A stretch of DNA of 63,037 bases, counting the filler, from Octopus bimaculoides (Eukaryota), in assembly GCF_001194135.2 (NCBI RefSeq). It is 6 parts of 6 records of this genome, joined end to end, with 100 filler letters (N's around TTAATTAATTAA, not from the genome) between each part and the next. Parts side by side here need not be neighbours in the genome. Positions count along the whole stretch, not along the records: positions 35,736 to 40,555 come from NC_068988.1; positions 40,656 to 61,807 come from NC_069002.1; 4 more parts are not named here. One strand, given 5' to 3'. The position numbers and the translations under genes were made by a program. Below, one piece after another: positions 36,021 through 49,679 of this stretch (positions are counted from its first letter, which is position 1; each line of letters opens with the position of its first letter). Below the pieces are notes generated by a model. That model saw only the letters and a list, made by a program, of their open reading frames with translations. It ran no database searches and was not told the DNA's origin.

Positions 36021-38897
36021 TGAACATACACACATATGTGTGTGTATGTGTGTGTGTAAATATGCATACACCCATGTATATATACGTGCATAAACACATC
36101 TGATATGGGTATTTATTACAATTTAATTATAAAATAAATACAGGTGCAAAGTTTCCTAATAGCACGGCAACTTTTAAATGTTTTTTTTTCTTTCTCGGAT
36201 ACATATACAATTTACTAAAATATCACTTCATATTTTCACTAACATGATCTCACTAGAAATAAAACAAGAATTTTCGATAAATGAAATATTGTTAGATTCC
36301 TGGCTGAGTTGTAACCAAAATGTTTGACATTGACTTTAAAGTGTATTATCATTTCCAATCAAAATGTTAGCAAGGAATAATCGTTTCCAAATTTGGCATG
36401 ATATCAGTAATTTATGATGAGGGTAAATCGATTTCATCGATCCCAGTACTTGAGTGGTACACATTTTCTTGATCCCGAACGGGTGAAAGTAAATCACGAC
36501 GTCGGTAGAATTTGAGCTTAAATGTTTAAAAGTCAGAAGAAATGCTGGTAAACAGTTTGTCCGATGCACGAACGATACTCCCACTCGTCATCTTCTTAAA
36601 TATTATAGTCATGAAATAATAATTATGAATAAAAGAAAATCAGTTGAAATATCAACTGCAACAACAACCGAAATAATATTTCAAATTTAGGAACAATGTA
36701 CCATCCACCCGATTACTTGAATACTGTCTTTTTGTTTTATCGGTGCTGGAGTAATGAAAGGTGAATTTAACCTTGGAAGGATTTGAAATCAGAATAGTCG
36801 ATAGATATACGGCAAAGCATTTTACTTTGATTCCAACGGTTCTACTAGATCACCACCCAAGGTATTTGTAATTTCGGCACAAGGAAAACTTTTTAACCAA
36901 AGCTAGTTAATCATTATCTCACACGGTGTCAGTAACAGGACAAGAATTCAGGCAGTTATCCATGGGTCTTGGCTTAAAAGTTCCTTGCAAGAGACCACCC
37001 AGTTGAATCTCATCGACAGCTACAATTTCCTACAAAATGTCTGCATACTTTTCCATCAATACTCCTGTATAGAATCGAAAACGTTTCAAAATATCTCTTT
37101 GAAACTCTTTCGGCGATCGAATTTGTTGTTTTTTTTTGTGTTGTTGCTGTTGCTTATGCATTTTTTCTGTTATTAGTTTTGTTCTTGAATTTTTCTGGTA
37201 CATGCACAAGCTCAGGTAGTGTACACAAATAAACAAATTAGAAATTCATGCATAATTCAAGACAGCTTAGTGAAAAAAATTTACAGACTTATACTCAAAA
37301 TACATATCCATAAAACTTGACAGCATTTCCGTATTTATCCTAAATATATACATTCGAAATGCGACATGATGTTTAATGTTAAAAGTTTAAGTTAGCATGA
37401 AATTGATTTAATCATCTTTACCAACATTATTCCATAGATATTGGATTTCCATAAAAAGATTTAAGTAAAAAAATTCTTTGTCACTTCATCCAGAAACTCT
37501 GACGGACGCTGAAATTGTATTCTTCGAAATTAACATAAAAAACACATAAGGGAAGATTTAAAAATACATAAATGTTATATATATATATCAAGCTTGGCTA
37601 TAATCTTGTCGTTCTGTATGCAGCCTGTATAATCACATAGACACGCAATGACAGATAGGATCGCGTACTGCATCTCACACTGAGATGCGTGTGTGAATGT
37701 GCGCGTGTGTATGCGTGCGCATGCGTGTATGCATGTATATATGCATGTGTATACATGGCTGCGAGCCTCCTAATATGTTGTGTAATTTTGTATGTATATC
37801 TGTACGATAAGTAAGACGGGCTTTGCTTCTGCTTCCGTCTTGTGACTTCACTCAGATAGCAACAAAAAGCAGGGAGCTAGATGCGAATAAAAATGCAGGA
37901 AGCACCGAGGAGTGAGACTGAACCAGTTATTTCTGAAACGAAATTGTTAACAATACAACAATGATTAAGACATTCAGCAACGACTATTTGAGATATCTTC
38001 AGTTTTTTTTTTTTCATTTCATATCTGTCAACAAATAAAAGAGTAATCAGGAATACTTTTCTGTGAAAGTTCTTCAAATGAGTAACAATAACGTAATTTC
38101 AATTATTAATATCAAAAGCAGATAGATCTGAAATTTAAGAACGACACTCATTTCGATATATAAATTAACGTTGTCAACCATAAAAACACATACACACACC
38201 ACACGTAGAGAATCACATACACACACGCTCTCACAAACATGAGAACGATAATTTATCTATGGAAATAAGTGCTATAATATCTGCATATATATTTTCATGT
38301 ATATTGGAAAATATATTTGCACGTACGTACACACACACTTCTATTTCTTTATACATGTTATGTATATATNNNNNNNNNNNNNNNNNNNNNNNNNNNNNNN
38401 NNNNNNNNNNNNNNNNNNNNNNNNNNNNNNNNNNNNNNNNNNNNNNNNNNNNNNNNNNNNNNNNNNNNNNNNNNNNNNNNNNNNNNNNNNNNNNNNNNNN
38501 NNNNNNNNNNNNNNNNNNNNNNNNNNNNNNNNNNNNNNNNNNNNNNNNNNNNNNNNNNNNNNNNNNNNNNNNNNNNNNNNNNNNNNNNNNNNNNNNNNNN
38601 NNNNNNNATATATACATATATATATAGTTTAGAATAGAGGCAGCTGATGAAGGATAAGTTCCATAAGTGGCTCGTCTGTTTTCCTATGTGTTGATTCTGT
38701 TGTCCGTAAAAAAGTCCGTATTTTGAGCTTTGCTTATGTTCCCGTTCTTTTTTTGACGCCCTGTACCCGGATATGCATCTATATGTACATGTAGATGTAG
38801 GTATGTACATATATGTATGTATACATGCATATGCTCATATATCCTTTGCATTATATATATATATATATATTTATATATATGAATGTATGTATACGGG

Positions 38898-39371
38898 TTT
38901 ACAAATGATCTCATCAATTTCGACCTCAGTTTATTCTCTGCTAATTCGTTCCTGTTTCCGGAGTCTCTTTTCTGTTAATTCATAACATAACGACCTCTAA
39001 TCTACAGATTATGAACACAGTTCCAGGCTTTCCACCATTATGATACGACTCCGAGAACTATGTAGAAATTCGTTTACAAAAAGAATGGTTTTCCACGGTG
39101 GAATGTGAGTATTATGAAGAAAGTACCCTCGAAAGTCCGATACAGGAAAACCACACTACCACCGTTTTTCAGTTTTACCAACAGTGTAACTCCTTCTGCA
39201 TCGCCAGCGGCGCCGGTTCTTTTTATCCACGCATTTACTCCGACATCATAGACATATCACAGTAGTGGGCAGAACACCATGTTTCTGGAAGAATCCAATA
39301 GTTTTTTCGTCATCCTCAAAAAAATCATGGATGCAACTGTAGTATTTGAAGTGACCGTTTTCACACGACAT
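38898..39371 (-). mobile_element. Merlin (IS1595/ISXO2-like) transposase relic, 5' half
   Basis: One frame with 5 stops: FFQKHGVLPTTVIC*CRSKC...RWRCRR...CGF...THIPPWKTILF...SVD*RSLCYE...VEIDE (38910-38924). This is the Zn-ribbon-plus-first-catalytic-motif layout of Merlin transposases. Confidence 0.75.
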
Positions 39372-39446
39372 CGTGGTAGGACTAATCCCGAACAGCTTGG
39401 CAAATGCCGCTTTCTTATCTTTATGTTTTTCATCTCTCTCTCTCTG

Positions 39447-39490
<44 letters not shown>

Positions 39491-39515
39491 TCTCTCTCTT
39501 TGTCTNNNNNNNNNN

Positions 39516-39570
<55 letters not shown>

Positions 39571-40447
39571 CTTTAACACACACACACACATGCATAGTAC
39601 TGTGGAAGGGATAAATGTTTATTTCTTAAACAAACAAGATATAGTATGTAAATTAAGGACGTTTTTAAAAGATCCAATATTTTCCCATTAGAATATATAT
39701 CTTTTCTCACACAACAATTAAGATATATTTATTTTAAATAACTTCTTTGTAGACGGAAAAAAGTTGGTTCTTTCTCTCTCCCCACACAAAATGAATCGCA
39801 TTAGTTACCCGATTAGAGTTTCTGCAGGAAAACTTACAATGTGAAAGTGATTTTACTTAAACATTCACTCCTATTCTTTCCAAACCGAAATAAGAGGTTT
39901 GCGGCATATTGGGAGGTCAGGCTACTTGATTCCACGAGAAAAATCCGAGACACTTGTTCTTAATGAATCGCATGTAATTGTGCGGGTGTAATTGTAGAAG
40001 CTTACCCATCTTTCTTTCCCACACAAATACCCATGTATATACAAAGCACCAGCTATTCACATATACCAGATATATATAAACACATTCATATGCACATCAA
40101 ATTTGCACACTCAAATCATACTTATTTGAATATATATATATATACATAGTGATAATTGAAAGACATGACGTTTTCAAGTAAAAGTTTTAATGTATTATAC
40201 TATAGTGAAATCATCAGTTAGCGCATTACTTCGATGTTACTTGCTTCTGCTAAGAAATGGCGTAAACAAAAACGAAAGAAAAAATGAGACCACTATTAAT
40301 CATTTTATACATAAACACCAAAGGATACTGGCATCACATTGTCCCCAATTAACATAAAGTATATACAAATGAAATGCAAAACTTCTCCAATAAAATATAT
40401 TAAATATGGACGTAACATACATATACTCACGCAATCACACACACATA

Positions 40448-40489
<42 letters not shown>

Positions 40490-40655
40490 GCTTATATGAT
40501 GTATAATATATATACAATATATTATATACATATATATAATTCATGATACATCTATNNNNNNNNNNNNNNNNNNNNNNNNNNNNNNNNNNNNNNNNNNNNT
40601 TAATTAATTAANNNNNNNNNNNNNNNNNNNNNNNNNNNNNNNNNNNNNNNNNNNN

Positions 40656-40943
40656 ACTCCACAGACACGTGTACCCTTAACGTAGTTCTCGGGGATATTC
40701 AGCGTGACACAGTGTGACAAGGCTGACCCTTTGAATTACAAGCACAACAGAAACAGGAAGTAAGAGTGAGAGAAAGTTGTGGTGAAAGAGTACAGCAGGG
40801 TTCGCCACCATCCCCTGCCAGAGCCTCGTTAAGCTTTAGGTGTTTTCGCTCAATAAACACTCACAACGCCCAGTCTGGAATCGAAACCGTGATCCTATGA
40901 CCGCGAGTCCGCTGCCCTAACCACTGGGCCATTGCGCCTCCAC
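40656..40943 (-). mobile_element. tRNA-headed SINE (head D + tail X)
   Basis: GGAGGCGCAATGGCCCAGTGGTTAGGG A box and GGTTTCGATTCC B box; tail matches 1769-1862. Confidence 0.8.
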
Positions 40944-41297
40944 TCCATAACCACAACCGCCGCCATAACTGTCAGCACCACGATAACCATCATCAACACC
41001 GCCATAACTACCATCGCCACCACCAATAAGAACGCTATAAAGACGCGACAATGAAAGAGCCTGTGCGAGATATCTCGATGGGCAAGAAATGGTACTGAAA
41101 TCATTGTGAATTACTATTATGTAATCTCAAAAGTGAAGACAACTTTGTATAACAGTAGTTCTCAAACAGGGTCCATAGAAGACTGTTGTTAAAATTTATC
41201 TGCAATAAAGGGGTTATACTTTTACGTTATACAAAGTATTTTAAGAATTTATTTTCTTATGTAATTCTTAATAATATTTAATTCTGAAAATATAGCA

Positions 41298-41550
41298 GCG
41301 AGCTGGCTGAACTGTTAGCACTCCGGCCAAAATGATTTGCGATATTTCGTTCGCCTGTACGTTCTGAGTTCAAAGTCCGTCGAGGTCGGCTTTACTTTTA
41401 CAACTTTCGGGATCAACTTTACTTTTCCTACTTTCTGGGTCGGCTTTACTTTTATCTTTCAGGGTCGGCTTTACTTTTCCTCCTTTCTGGGTCGGCTTTA
41501 CCTTTCGTCTTTTCCGGGGTCGTCTTTACCTTTCCTCCTTCCTAAGGTTG
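41298..41550 (+). repeat. SINE family C head decaying into a ~25-28-bp x6 minisatellite
   Basis: GCGAGCTGGCTGAACTGTTAGCA head, then repeated GGTCGGCTTTACTTTT(CCTCCTTTCTG) units at ~41384, 41410, 41438, 41463, 41490 and 41518. Confidence 0.8.
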
Positions 41551-42296
41551 GAAGTTCGTTTTGTGTTGTGTCCGTGTATAAAACACACTCAACGGCTCAG
41601 TCTGCCTGGCTGTAAATAAGTGTCACTGTTAGATATAATTGACAGCAGCACTATACGAAAGAATGCCGAATTATTTAGTCCTAGGTGCTACCGCATCTAG
41701 CGATGCATGCAGCAGTCAAAGTACTCCAGCATGGTCAGCCAGTAACCAACCCCCAGTGCATCGTTGTTGCCCCTACTGTTGCGATGCTTTTCTCTTTGAA
41801 ATATTTTTGTAACTTGAGGTATTTTCTTGGGAGAGGGTGCTTCTCTGAAGTCCAGTCACTAGGTAAGGTTGTCTCTGTCGACTTCGAGCCGAGATCCACG
41901 AAATAAGTATAAAGCGGGTTGCCTTCAGTCATCGATATCTAGCTGTTGGTCTTCTGACTCCTCTGCCCCGGTTGCTGGTGGTCACAACAGCCACTCGGCT
42001 CTGGCTGTTGGTCGTTGCAGCAGCTCCGCTGCTTCGGCTGTTGGGCGTCACTGCGGCTCCTCCGCTCGCTTTGTGATGCTGTGCCATCCCCCGACTTCAA
42101 GTGCTTTCGCCCACCAGCTGAAGCGGTGTAGCACGAAATGGCATTTGGAACCGCCAAAAGAGAGTTATAGGGAACTATAGAATTGGTGAATCGTTATTTT
42201 GGCGGGAAAAAAAATCAGCAAGTGTTAAATCAAAAAACCGCCACCCACAAACGTACTGTTTCTCTATCTCAGACATTTAATATTACGGATGTATAA

Positions 42297-42591
42297 GACG
42301 GCGAGCTGGCAGAATCGTTAGCACGCCGGGCGAAATACTTAGCGGTATTTCGTCTGCCGTTACGTTCTGAGTTCAAATTCTGCCGAGGTCGACTTTGCCT
42401 TTTTTCATTTCAGGGTCGATAAATTAAGTACCAGTTACGCACTGGAGTCGATGTAATCGACTTAATCCCTTTATCTGTCTTTGTTTGTCCCCTCTATGTT
42501 TAGCCCCTTGTGGGCAGTAAAGAAATAAGAAACGTTAGCACGCCGGGCGAAATGCTTAGCGGTATTTCGTCTGTTTTTACGTTCTGAGTTC
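42297..42591 (+). mobile_element. SINE family C, full copy plus head-to-tail second copy running into a gap
   Basis: GGCGAGCTGGCAGAATCGTTAGCACGCCGGGCGAAAT...GAGTTCAAATTC...CCCCTTGTGGGCAGTAAAGAAATAAG, then the head restarts at ~42533. Further copies at ~46960-47140(-), 45370-45545(-), 61924-62130(+), 36415-36580(-), 13500-13640(+). Confidence 0.85.
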
Positions 42592-43127
42592 NNNNNNNNN
42601 NNNNNNNNNNNNNNNNNNNNNNNNNNNNNNNNNNNNNNNNNNNNNNNNNNNNNNNNNNNNNNNNNNNNNNNNNNNNNNNNNNNNNNNNNNNNNNNNNNNN
42701 NNNNNNNNNNNNNNNNNNNNNNNNNNNNNNNNNNNNNNNNNNNNNNNNNNNNNNNNNNNNNNNNNNNNNNNNNNNNNNNNNNNNNNNNNNNNNNNNNNNN
42801 NNNNNNNNNNNNNNNNNNNNNNNNNNNNNNNNNNNNNNNNNNNNNNNNNNNNNNNNNNNNNNNNNNNNNNNNNNNNNNNNNNNNNNNNNNNNNNNNNNNN
42901 NNNNNNNNNNNNNNNNNNNNNNNNNNNNNNNNNNNNNNNNNNNNNNNNNNNNNNNNNNNNNNNNNNNNNNNNNNNNNNNNNNNNNNNNNNNNNNNNNNNN
43001 NNNNNNNNNNNNNNNNNNNNNNNNNNNNNNNNNNNNNNNNNNNNNNNNNNNNNNNNNNNNNNNNNNNNNNNNNNNNNNNNNNNNNNNNNNNNNNNNNNNN
43101 NNNNNNNNNNNNNNNNNNNNNNNNNNN

Positions 43128-43197
<70 letters not shown>

Positions 43198-43329
43198 CAG
43201 TGTGTATGTATATATGTATGTATATTGTATATGGTGCCCAAACATGGCCGCAGTCTAATGACTGAAACAGGAATAAAAGAATATATAAACACACAGCTAG
43301 ATGATATTATATATCTGTGGGTGAGAAAG

Positions 43330-43372
<43 letters not shown>

Positions 43373-43896
43373 ACATATAGCATACATGCACCCATGCAAA
43401 CACGCGCATAGAAAGAGAGACAGAGACAGAGGTGGCGGGGTGGGGGAGAAAGGTAGGGAGCATATGTAGGTTATCTTGTGTTTTTAATGTGAGAATTGAA
43501 AAAATATAGCAGTGAACGAAGAAATACGTAACCGGCTGAATATGTAATCTAATCTCACATCTTATTGTGCCTAATGGACTAACATTAATTCCATTAAACA
43601 CAGTAAGGGCTAACAAACACTCTTAGACTCTTATATCAGGCGTTTCTTTAAAGCCTTTTAATCTTTGACAGCGAAATAATTTGGGGGTTAAAACCCCTAA
43701 GAGCATATTGACATGATAAGCAAAGGGCTTCTATCTGCTTCGTTATAAACACATCAACATGGCCTCCAGTTGTGGAAACCTACGTTGATATTCATTTTTT
43801 TTTTTTATGTAGGTGTGTTTGTTGATTTCAAAATGGCGTAGAGAACAAAAAAACGGAAAATTATTGAACTCCTTCTACATTTGCAATGTTTTTGTT

Positions 43897-43938
<42 letters not shown>

Positions 43939-44074
43939 CGTGTGTGCGCGCGCGTTTATCTGTGTGTATTCGCACGCCATTGTATATGTGTGTGTATTCG
44001 TAAGCATGCAGTTCTCAATAAATCTGTATAATATACACACAAGCACGCACGCACGTACATATATACATACATAC

Positions 44075-44480
44075 AGGTGTGGCTGTGTGGTAAAAATTTT
44101 GCTTCCCAACCACATGGTTCCGGGTTCAGTCCCACAGCGTGGCGCCTTGGGCAAGTGTCTTCTACTATAGCCTCAAGATGACCAATGCCCTGTGAGTGGA
44201 TTTGGTAGATGGAAACTGAAAGAAGACCGTCGTATATACATATGTATATATCTATGTGCGTCTGTGTTTGCCACCCACCCCCCTCTGCCATCGCTTGACA
44301 ACCGATACTGGTGTTTATGTCCCCGTAACTTAGCGGTTCCGCAAAAAGTGACCGATAGAATAAGTACTAGACTTGCAAAGAATAAGTCCTGGGGTCGATT
44401 TCTTAGACTAAACACCCTTTAAGGCAGTGCTCCAGCATGGCCGCAGTCAAATGACTGAAACAGGTAATAGAATAAAAGAA
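44075..44480 (+). mobile_element. SINE family B, full length
   Basis: Collinear with 3272-3648 over head, core, microsatellite and tail. Confidence 0.85.
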
Positions 44481-45130
44481 TATACTCCNNNNNNNNNNNN
44501 NNNNNNNNNNNNNNNNNNNNNNNNNNNNNNNNNNNNNNNNNNNNNNNNNNNNNNNNNNNNNNNNNNNNNNNNNNNNNNNNNNNNNNNNNNNNNNNNNNNN
44601 NNNNNNNNNNNNNNNNNNNNNNNNNNNNNNNNNNNNNNNNNNNNNNNNNNNNNNNNNNNNNNNNNNNNNNNNNNNNNNNNNNNNNNNNNNNNNNNNNNNN
44701 NNNNNNNNNNNNNNNNNNNNNNNNNNNNNNNNNNNNNNNNNNNNNNNNNNNNNNNNNNNNNNNNNNNNNNNNNNNNNNNNNNNNNNNNNNNNNNNNNNNN
44801 NNNNNNNNNNNNNNNNNNNNNNNNNNNNNNNNNNNNNNNNNNNNNNNNNNNNNNNNNNNNNNNNNNNNNNNNNNNNNNNNNNNNNNNNNNNNNNNNNNNN
44901 NNNNNNNNNNNNNNNNNNNNNNNNNNNNNNNNNNNNNNNNNNNNNNNNNNNNNNNNNNNNNNNNNNNNNNNNNNNNNNNNNNNNNNNNNNNNNNNNNNNN
45001 NNNNNNNNNNNNNNNNNNNNNNNNNNNNNNNNNNNNNNNNNNNNNNNNNNNNNNNNCACCACCCCCGCCACCGCTATTACTAAGACGTATAAAACCTATG
45101 CCGTCAGTCATTTCTCGTTTGTGCGTTATC

Positions 45131-45171
<41 letters not shown>

Positions 45172-45178
45172 CTGTGTA

Positions 45179-45210
<32 letters not shown>

Positions 45211-48080
45211 TGTGAATGTATGTCTCTTTTTCTTGTCTTAAGTTACCCCGTTTCCGCGGCGCGTGCGTGACCGAGGTCACATTCTCCCTAAACTGGACGC
45301 TGGTCTGTGACAAGAGTTCAAAAGACCAGCAACTTTCTCTGTTTTTTGGTTTATTTTTTGAGGGGAGGGGGACAAGTCGATTACACTGACACTCCTTGTA
45401 CTTAACTAGTATTTTATTTTAGCGACCTCGAAGGGATGAAATGCAAAAGTTGACTTCGGCAGGATTTGAACTAGGAAGGTAAAGAGCCGGAAGAAATGCC
45501 ACTAAGCATTTTATCTGATAAGCCACCGATTCTGCCAGCTTGTTGCAAAATACAAACAGGAACCCAGATTTATTCAGATTTGAAGTTTAATGTGTAATCA
45601 CTTCAACATCGCTGCTCTGTAGGAACCGACGTTACTACTGTTTTAACGCCCAAGAAGTACGTTTCCGCGAGCTGGTTATTCAATGCAATCTGCACCCGAT
45701 ATATATTGCAAGCAGGGGAGCGAACCTCTACCATCTTCCATCAAATAATTCTGTCTGCTATAGGCACAATTTTTTTTAATTTCTTTTCGTCATTGGACTA
45801 CAACCATGCTGGGGCACCGATTTGAAGGTTTTAACCAAGCAAATCGGCCTCAGTACTTTTTTTTTTCTTTCTGCATGGTACTTATTCCATCAGTTATTTT
45901 GCCGAGCCGCTATACACAGTTTTTCCGATTTTTAAACATCTGTAGCTTTTTCCTCCAATTTTTTTTCTCCACATCATACCTTCATACCAATAAGATTGGA
46001 AGACTACATTTTTATAGCCGATTTTCAGATTTTGTTACTTACTCTTAAAAAATGCATATTTTACGAATGAAAAAAAACTAGATCCTGCCGTTTCTCCTCT
46101 GAATAAGCCATTTAAACGAGAGCAAATAAGATTTTTAAATGTTCGCTTCTCTTGGGTTGCCTTCGTTGGATGTGACTATAGAACCCACTTTTCATGACTT
46201 TTCATGAAAGAATCCTCCAATTAATTAATCGTATGAAAATTGTGACAGGATTTTCTTTCTGGCCTAATTAATATTTCATTTCACTTACATTCTGACGTCG
46301 TTTATGAAAGCTTTTTACTTTCATACATACCATGTCATTCTTATTAAAAATCTCAGGTCATTGTGCTAAATCAGAAGGAAATGTATATGTGTATATAGCT
46401 CTTTACTGGCATGTTGGTATGTAGCGCAATATTTGCATAGAAGAAATCCGGTAAGACTAGTTCACAAGATTGAACGCAATATCGAGGAACACAATAAACA
46501 TGCGCTCAATTTATATATACATACACACTCACACACACACACATATATATATATATATACACGTATATGTGTATATATATGTGTGTGTATGTACGTATGC
46601 ATACATACATACATACAAACACAAACGCAGACATAAACATATCCATGGGTGTATATACCTGTATTTGTCTATGTTGTTAATATACACGCCACCACCCACT
46701 CTGAGTTCTTTCTTTCTTTTTTTGTTTTTTTTGTTTCTTTTGTTTAACTAATACAAATTAGCTAGAGTCTAAGTCAATTGACCACAAGAGATAACGTCTG
46801 AGAGTTGTCGTGCTGATGACGGCTATTGAGACAGAAACACGAGCAAACAAACGCGTGATCCTTGAGATTATCTTCCTTTCTCATTTGGATTTGATCCTAA
46901 TTGCCATTTTGTAATTTTGATACATCCTCTAGAGGAGGAGATAATATTGATTTCAAATTCTGGGAGAGGGGTTAAGTCGATTATATCTACCCCAGGACTT
47001 AACTGGCACTTATTTTATCGACCCCGAAAGGATGAAAGGCAAAGTTGACCTCGGCAGAATTTGAACTCAGAACGTAAAGACGGGCGAAATACCGCCAAGC
47101 ATTTTGCCCGGCATGCTAACGGTTCTGTCAGTTCACCTTCTTTAAAGAGGCGGAAACTATATGAATAATTAAAAATAAATTACGTTGTTTGGTATTTAAT
47201 AGACCTGTATTTTTCTTTGTTTATGTTTAAAGAAAATTTAAGCCTCACAAAAAATATTAATGACTGAAGAATTTTTAATATCACGGCTTTTATGTGTGTG
47301 ACAGAGGAAAGAGATTGAGAGCGTCTAGAACGGGATTGTTGGCACCAGTCATCCGGTGATTGTATNNNNNNNNNNNNNNNNNNNNNNNNNNNNNNNNNNN
47401 NNNNNNNNNNNNNNNNNNNNNNNNNNNNNNNNNNNNNNNNNNNNNNNNNNNNNNNNNNNNNNNNNNNNNNNNNNNNNNNNNNNNNNNNNNNNNNNNNNNN
47501 NNNNNNNNNNNNNNNNNNNNNNNNNNNNNNNNNNNNNNNNNNNNNNNNNNNNNNNNNNNNNNNNNNNNNNNNNNNNNNNNNNNNNNNNNNNNNNNNNNNN
47601 NNNNNNNNNNNNNNNNNNNNNNNNNNNNNNNNNNNNNNNNNNNNNNNNNNNNNNNNNNNNNNNNNNNNNNNNNNNNNNNNNNNNNNNNNNNNNNNNNNNN
47701 NNNNNNNNNNNNNNNNNNNNNNNNNNNNNNNNNNNNNNNNNNNNNNNNNNNNNNNNNNNNNNNNNNNNNNNNNNNNNNNNNNNNNNNNNNNNNNNNNNNN
47801 NNNNNNNNNNNNNNNNNNNNNNNNNNNNNNNNNNNNNNNNNNNNNNNNNNNNNNNNNNNNNNNNNNNNNNNNNNNNNNNNNNNNNNNNNNNNNNNNNNNN
47901 NNNNNNNNNNNNNNNNNNNNNNNNNNNNNNNNNNNNNNNNNNNNNNNNNNNNNNNNNNNNNNNNNNNNNNNNNNNNNNNNNNNNNNNNNNNNNNNNNNNN
48001 NNNNNNNNNNNNNNNNNNNNNNNNNNNNNNNNNNNNNNNNNNNNNNNNNNNNNNNNNNNNNNNNNNNNNNNNNNNNNNNN

Positions 48081-48123
<43 letters not shown>

Positions 48124-48460
48124 CGCATACACTTGACGGTGTGACAAACACCATCAAAAGAGAGGCCTTTTTTTTTCTTTTTAAGAAGTCTTTTCCACCT
48201 TTGAAAAGAGAAGCGTTGCAATAAATTATAAATGAATACTCACGCCAAACAAACACGCGCGTGCGCGTGCACACACACGCACACGCATACACACGAGCAC
48301 ACACACACTCACACATATGCATTCGTTAACACATATATGCACTTAGAAACACACATGTGTATACGTTTTAATATACATCCGTATGTACGTATATATATAT
48401 ACACATACATATATATATGTATGTATATATAAATATATATACATACATATATAAATATAC

Positions 48461-48495
<35 letters not shown>

Positions 48496-48569
48496 AATAT
48501 ATACATTATTTATATATATATATGTATATGTATATATAAATATGTATATGTATATATAAATGTACATGT

Positions 48570-48625
<56 letters not shown>

Positions 48626-49504
48626 GCATGCACTCATATTTAAGTATATACACATCCTTTCACATACACACACAGGTGTTAGCACACGTGTGTTTATATT
48701 TAGGTGAGCAAAACAGAAACCACTCCCAAGGCTTGTTTCAATTCTCTTTCTCTCTATATATATCTATCTATCTATCTATCTATCTATCTGTCTCTATCTC
48801 TTCTCATCTTCCTCTCCCTCTCTCTCTCTCTCTCTCTATCTATCGATCCAGCTCTATATATGTGTGTGCGTCGTGTGCGTGTGAAACAGAATGCGCTTGT
48901 CAATAGGCGTAAGTGTGCGCACAGGCGATTGCCATACATACATACATACATACATACATACATACATACATACATACATACATACATCGACATAAACGTT
49001 GATATATGTATATACAGACACATATACATATATATATTTGCCCTATTTCACGCTTGCCCACGTATGCACGCGACCTATACACACGCACGTTGATTGAAAA
49101 CTTAATAAATGTGATAAGTTTCATCGTGTAATAATAGCAAGACGTTTGGCTTCAACATGGGACCACAACTGAATTGTAGAGAGCCACGTTTCTTTTCTTT
49201 ACGACCAGCTGCCTCGTTATGTTTTCGACTCGGCGCTCGAATTTCACCGACGTCTTTTGAATATATTTATTACTCAGAGTTTAGGAGAGACATTATTATG
49301 CAAGGTATTGGTAACAAGGCGCAGGCGTGGATGTGCGATAAGACTATTTGGTTCCCGACCACATGGTCCAGAGTTCACTCCCAATGCGTTACACCTCAGG
49401 TTGAGCAGAACCTTGCGAAGCAATCTTGAAGAGGGACGCTGAAAGAGGTCCATCGTGTATATATTTATCTCTATCTATCTATCTATCTATCTATCTGTCT
49501 GTCA

Positions 49505-49536
<32 letters not shown>

Positions 49537-49679
49537 TCTTCTCTGTCTATCTGTCTATCTCTCTATTTATCAGTTTTCATTTATGTTTTATGTAGTGTTT
49601 TTGGTACCGAAAGACTTTCAAACTTCGTATACTTATCTATTTTGTGTTATAGAACAGAAAAAAATTTTTGTATTCGAAT

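Noticed and set aside
36960-37200. Harbinger-associated protein fragment (KRFRFYTG) on the minus strand
   Set aside because: A single short motif with no corroborating catalytic residues.
40870-40943. tRNA genes at SINE heads (also 13295-13366)
   Set aside because: A and B boxes are present but no complete cloverleaf was evident, and both continue into repeat bodies.
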